Positions 62,659-64,000 of a DNA stretch of 64,000 bases are shown here, in pieces. Every line of letters starts with the position of its first letter. Within the stretch, counting starts at the first letter, position 1. Below the pieces are notes generated by a model that did no database searches, was not told the DNA's origin, and saw only the letters and a list, made by a program, of their open reading frames with translations. Source of the stretch: an uncultured Acidobacteriota bacterium (GTDB taxonomy: Bacteria > Acidobacteriota > Polarisedimenticolia > J045); NCBI GenBank assembly GCA_963702425.1, contig CAVPCQ010000016.1, forward strand, positions 64,001-128,000. The letters run 5' to 3'. Both the position numbers and the translations under genes were made by a program.

Positions 62659-64000
62659 CAGAAGCCGGCGGAGAGGCCCAGCCACCAGGCGCGGACCGCG
62701 GCCGGGTAGAACTCGGTGTAGAAGGCCGTGAAGGTCGGATCCGGGTAGGAGTAGCCCATCGTGACGTACTGGCGGTCGAAGAGGTTGTCGAACCGCCCCT
62801 CGAGCGCGAGCGCGCGCACCCCCTTCGGCGCGTACTTCGTCAGGTCCCAGGCCACCCGCAGGTCGGCCACCGCCCAGGGATCGACCTGCTTGGCGACGTA
62901 CCCCGGCGCTTCGCGCAGCGCCGGGTTCTTGCGCTCGTTCTGGCTGTTGTCGGTGTAGATCGGGCCGACCCAGCGCCCGCCGAGCTGGACCAGTCACCGG
63001 CCCGAAGCCGCGGCTGGCGACGAGCCGCCCCTGCCAGACCGGAAAGAGCGCGATCCGGTTTCCGGCCTGGTCGACCCGCACTCCGTCGCCGCGCACGACC
63101 AGGTCGACGATCTCGTCGCGGCTGTACGCACCCCAGCCGCTGAGCTGGATCAGCCACGGGAGCCGGACCGCGCCCTGCAGCTCGATCCCCTGGTGGACCG
63201 TCTGGCCCGCGTTGACGGTCTGCGGGTTGCCGTCGTCGTCGATTCCCGCGCCGTAGACCAGCTCGTCGCGGAAGTCCATCCGATAGAGGTTCACGCCGAA
63301 GCTGGCCGTGCCGCGCGCGTAGCCGGCGCCGACCTCGTACGAGCGCAGCCGCTCGGGCTTGGCGTACGGGTCGGCGTAGCTGGTCAGGCTCCGCCGGTCG
63401 GCGAAGAGCGTTTCGGGCCGGACGAACGGGTCCTGCTGGTCCCAGATGTCGCGCGTGCGCGGCTCGCTGGCGGCCGCGGAGGCGGAGGCGTAGAGGTTCC
63501 ACTCCCCGCTGACGTTCCAGTTGACGCCGAGGCGCGGCAGCAGGAAGGCGTAGCTCGCGTCGTAGGACAGGCCGCGGATCTGGTCGTCCTTCATCGCGTA
63601 GCGATGGAAGGCGGCGGCCAGCTCTCCGCTGACGACCAGGCTCGGGGTGGCGCTCCAGGCCTCGCGCACGTAGACGGTCGCGGTGCGCTTGGTGTTGACG
63701 TAGTCGTAGAGCGGCAGGTCGCCCTGGATCGGCTCGCCGCCGACGCGGCCCTCGTTGACGTCCCCCTCGTGGTGGCCGCGGTAGGCCCGCAGCTCGAGCC
63801 CGGCGACCAGCTCGCCGTTCCCGTGCTGCCAGGCCACGCGCGGGATCCAGCCCAGCTGCCGCTCGGTGATCTCCCGCCTGCGCCAGGCCCCGTCGACCTC
63901 GACGGCCTCGGTCGGAAAGCCCGAGGGATCGTAGGCCGTCGCGGCGACGAAGACCGGGCTGTACTGGCGGAAGTAGCCGCCGCCCCCGACCAGGTAGGCG
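62658..64000 (-). CDS. TonB-dependent receptor, C-terminal part (frameshift ~62995; 5' truncated by window edge)
   Basis: Beta-barrel pattern PRLGVNW, KPERLRSYEVG, NAGQTVHQGIEL, DNLFDRQY, terminal Phe (GLSAGF). Confidence 0.87.

Noticed and set aside
61234-63837. TonB receptor-SSS fusion (867-aa ORF)
   Set aside because: Frameshift near 62995; the receptor's true end GLSAGF-stop is at 62658, overlapping the SSS ATG

Overview
Very GC-rich bacterial chromosomal window (host-like parts ~70% GC by eye). The VWA-related, sulfatase-TPR and Cys-rich secreted proteins suggest an Acidobacteriota-like host, which is inference only. 1-25 kb holds housekeeping and envelope genes: the speA end, an OPT transporter, a solitary topoisomerase VI B subunit, a penicillin acylase, a GT2, a C69 dipeptidase, an ECF sigma/anti-sigma/ABC operon, an otsA-otsB-DUF5752-treT trehalose operon and tRNA-Arg(UCG). 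25-47 kb holds large secreted proteins, including three proteases of three different families (M4/M36-like, M28, S8) that share one ~800-aa multidomain C-terminal chassis ending in YFYLVRGxNxCGxEGP. ~47.7-61.2 kb is a minus-strand anti-phage island built as an integron-type cassette array with four attC-like sites, an attI/Pc-like head and no integrase in the window. Its cargo is an Abi_C/HEPN-like protein, type II Thoeris (TIR + TM-macro), an NDT/TIR-like protein, AlbA_2 plus a type I R-M system with an embedded ATPase-nuclease, and a nucleotidyltransferase-like orphan. GTAG-family REP palindromes sit at gene ends and are tandemly duplicated together with the adjacent gene tail. Many single-base frameshifts beyond 35 kb are most likely assembly errors. 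All family calls come from motif recognition by eye; no searches were run.
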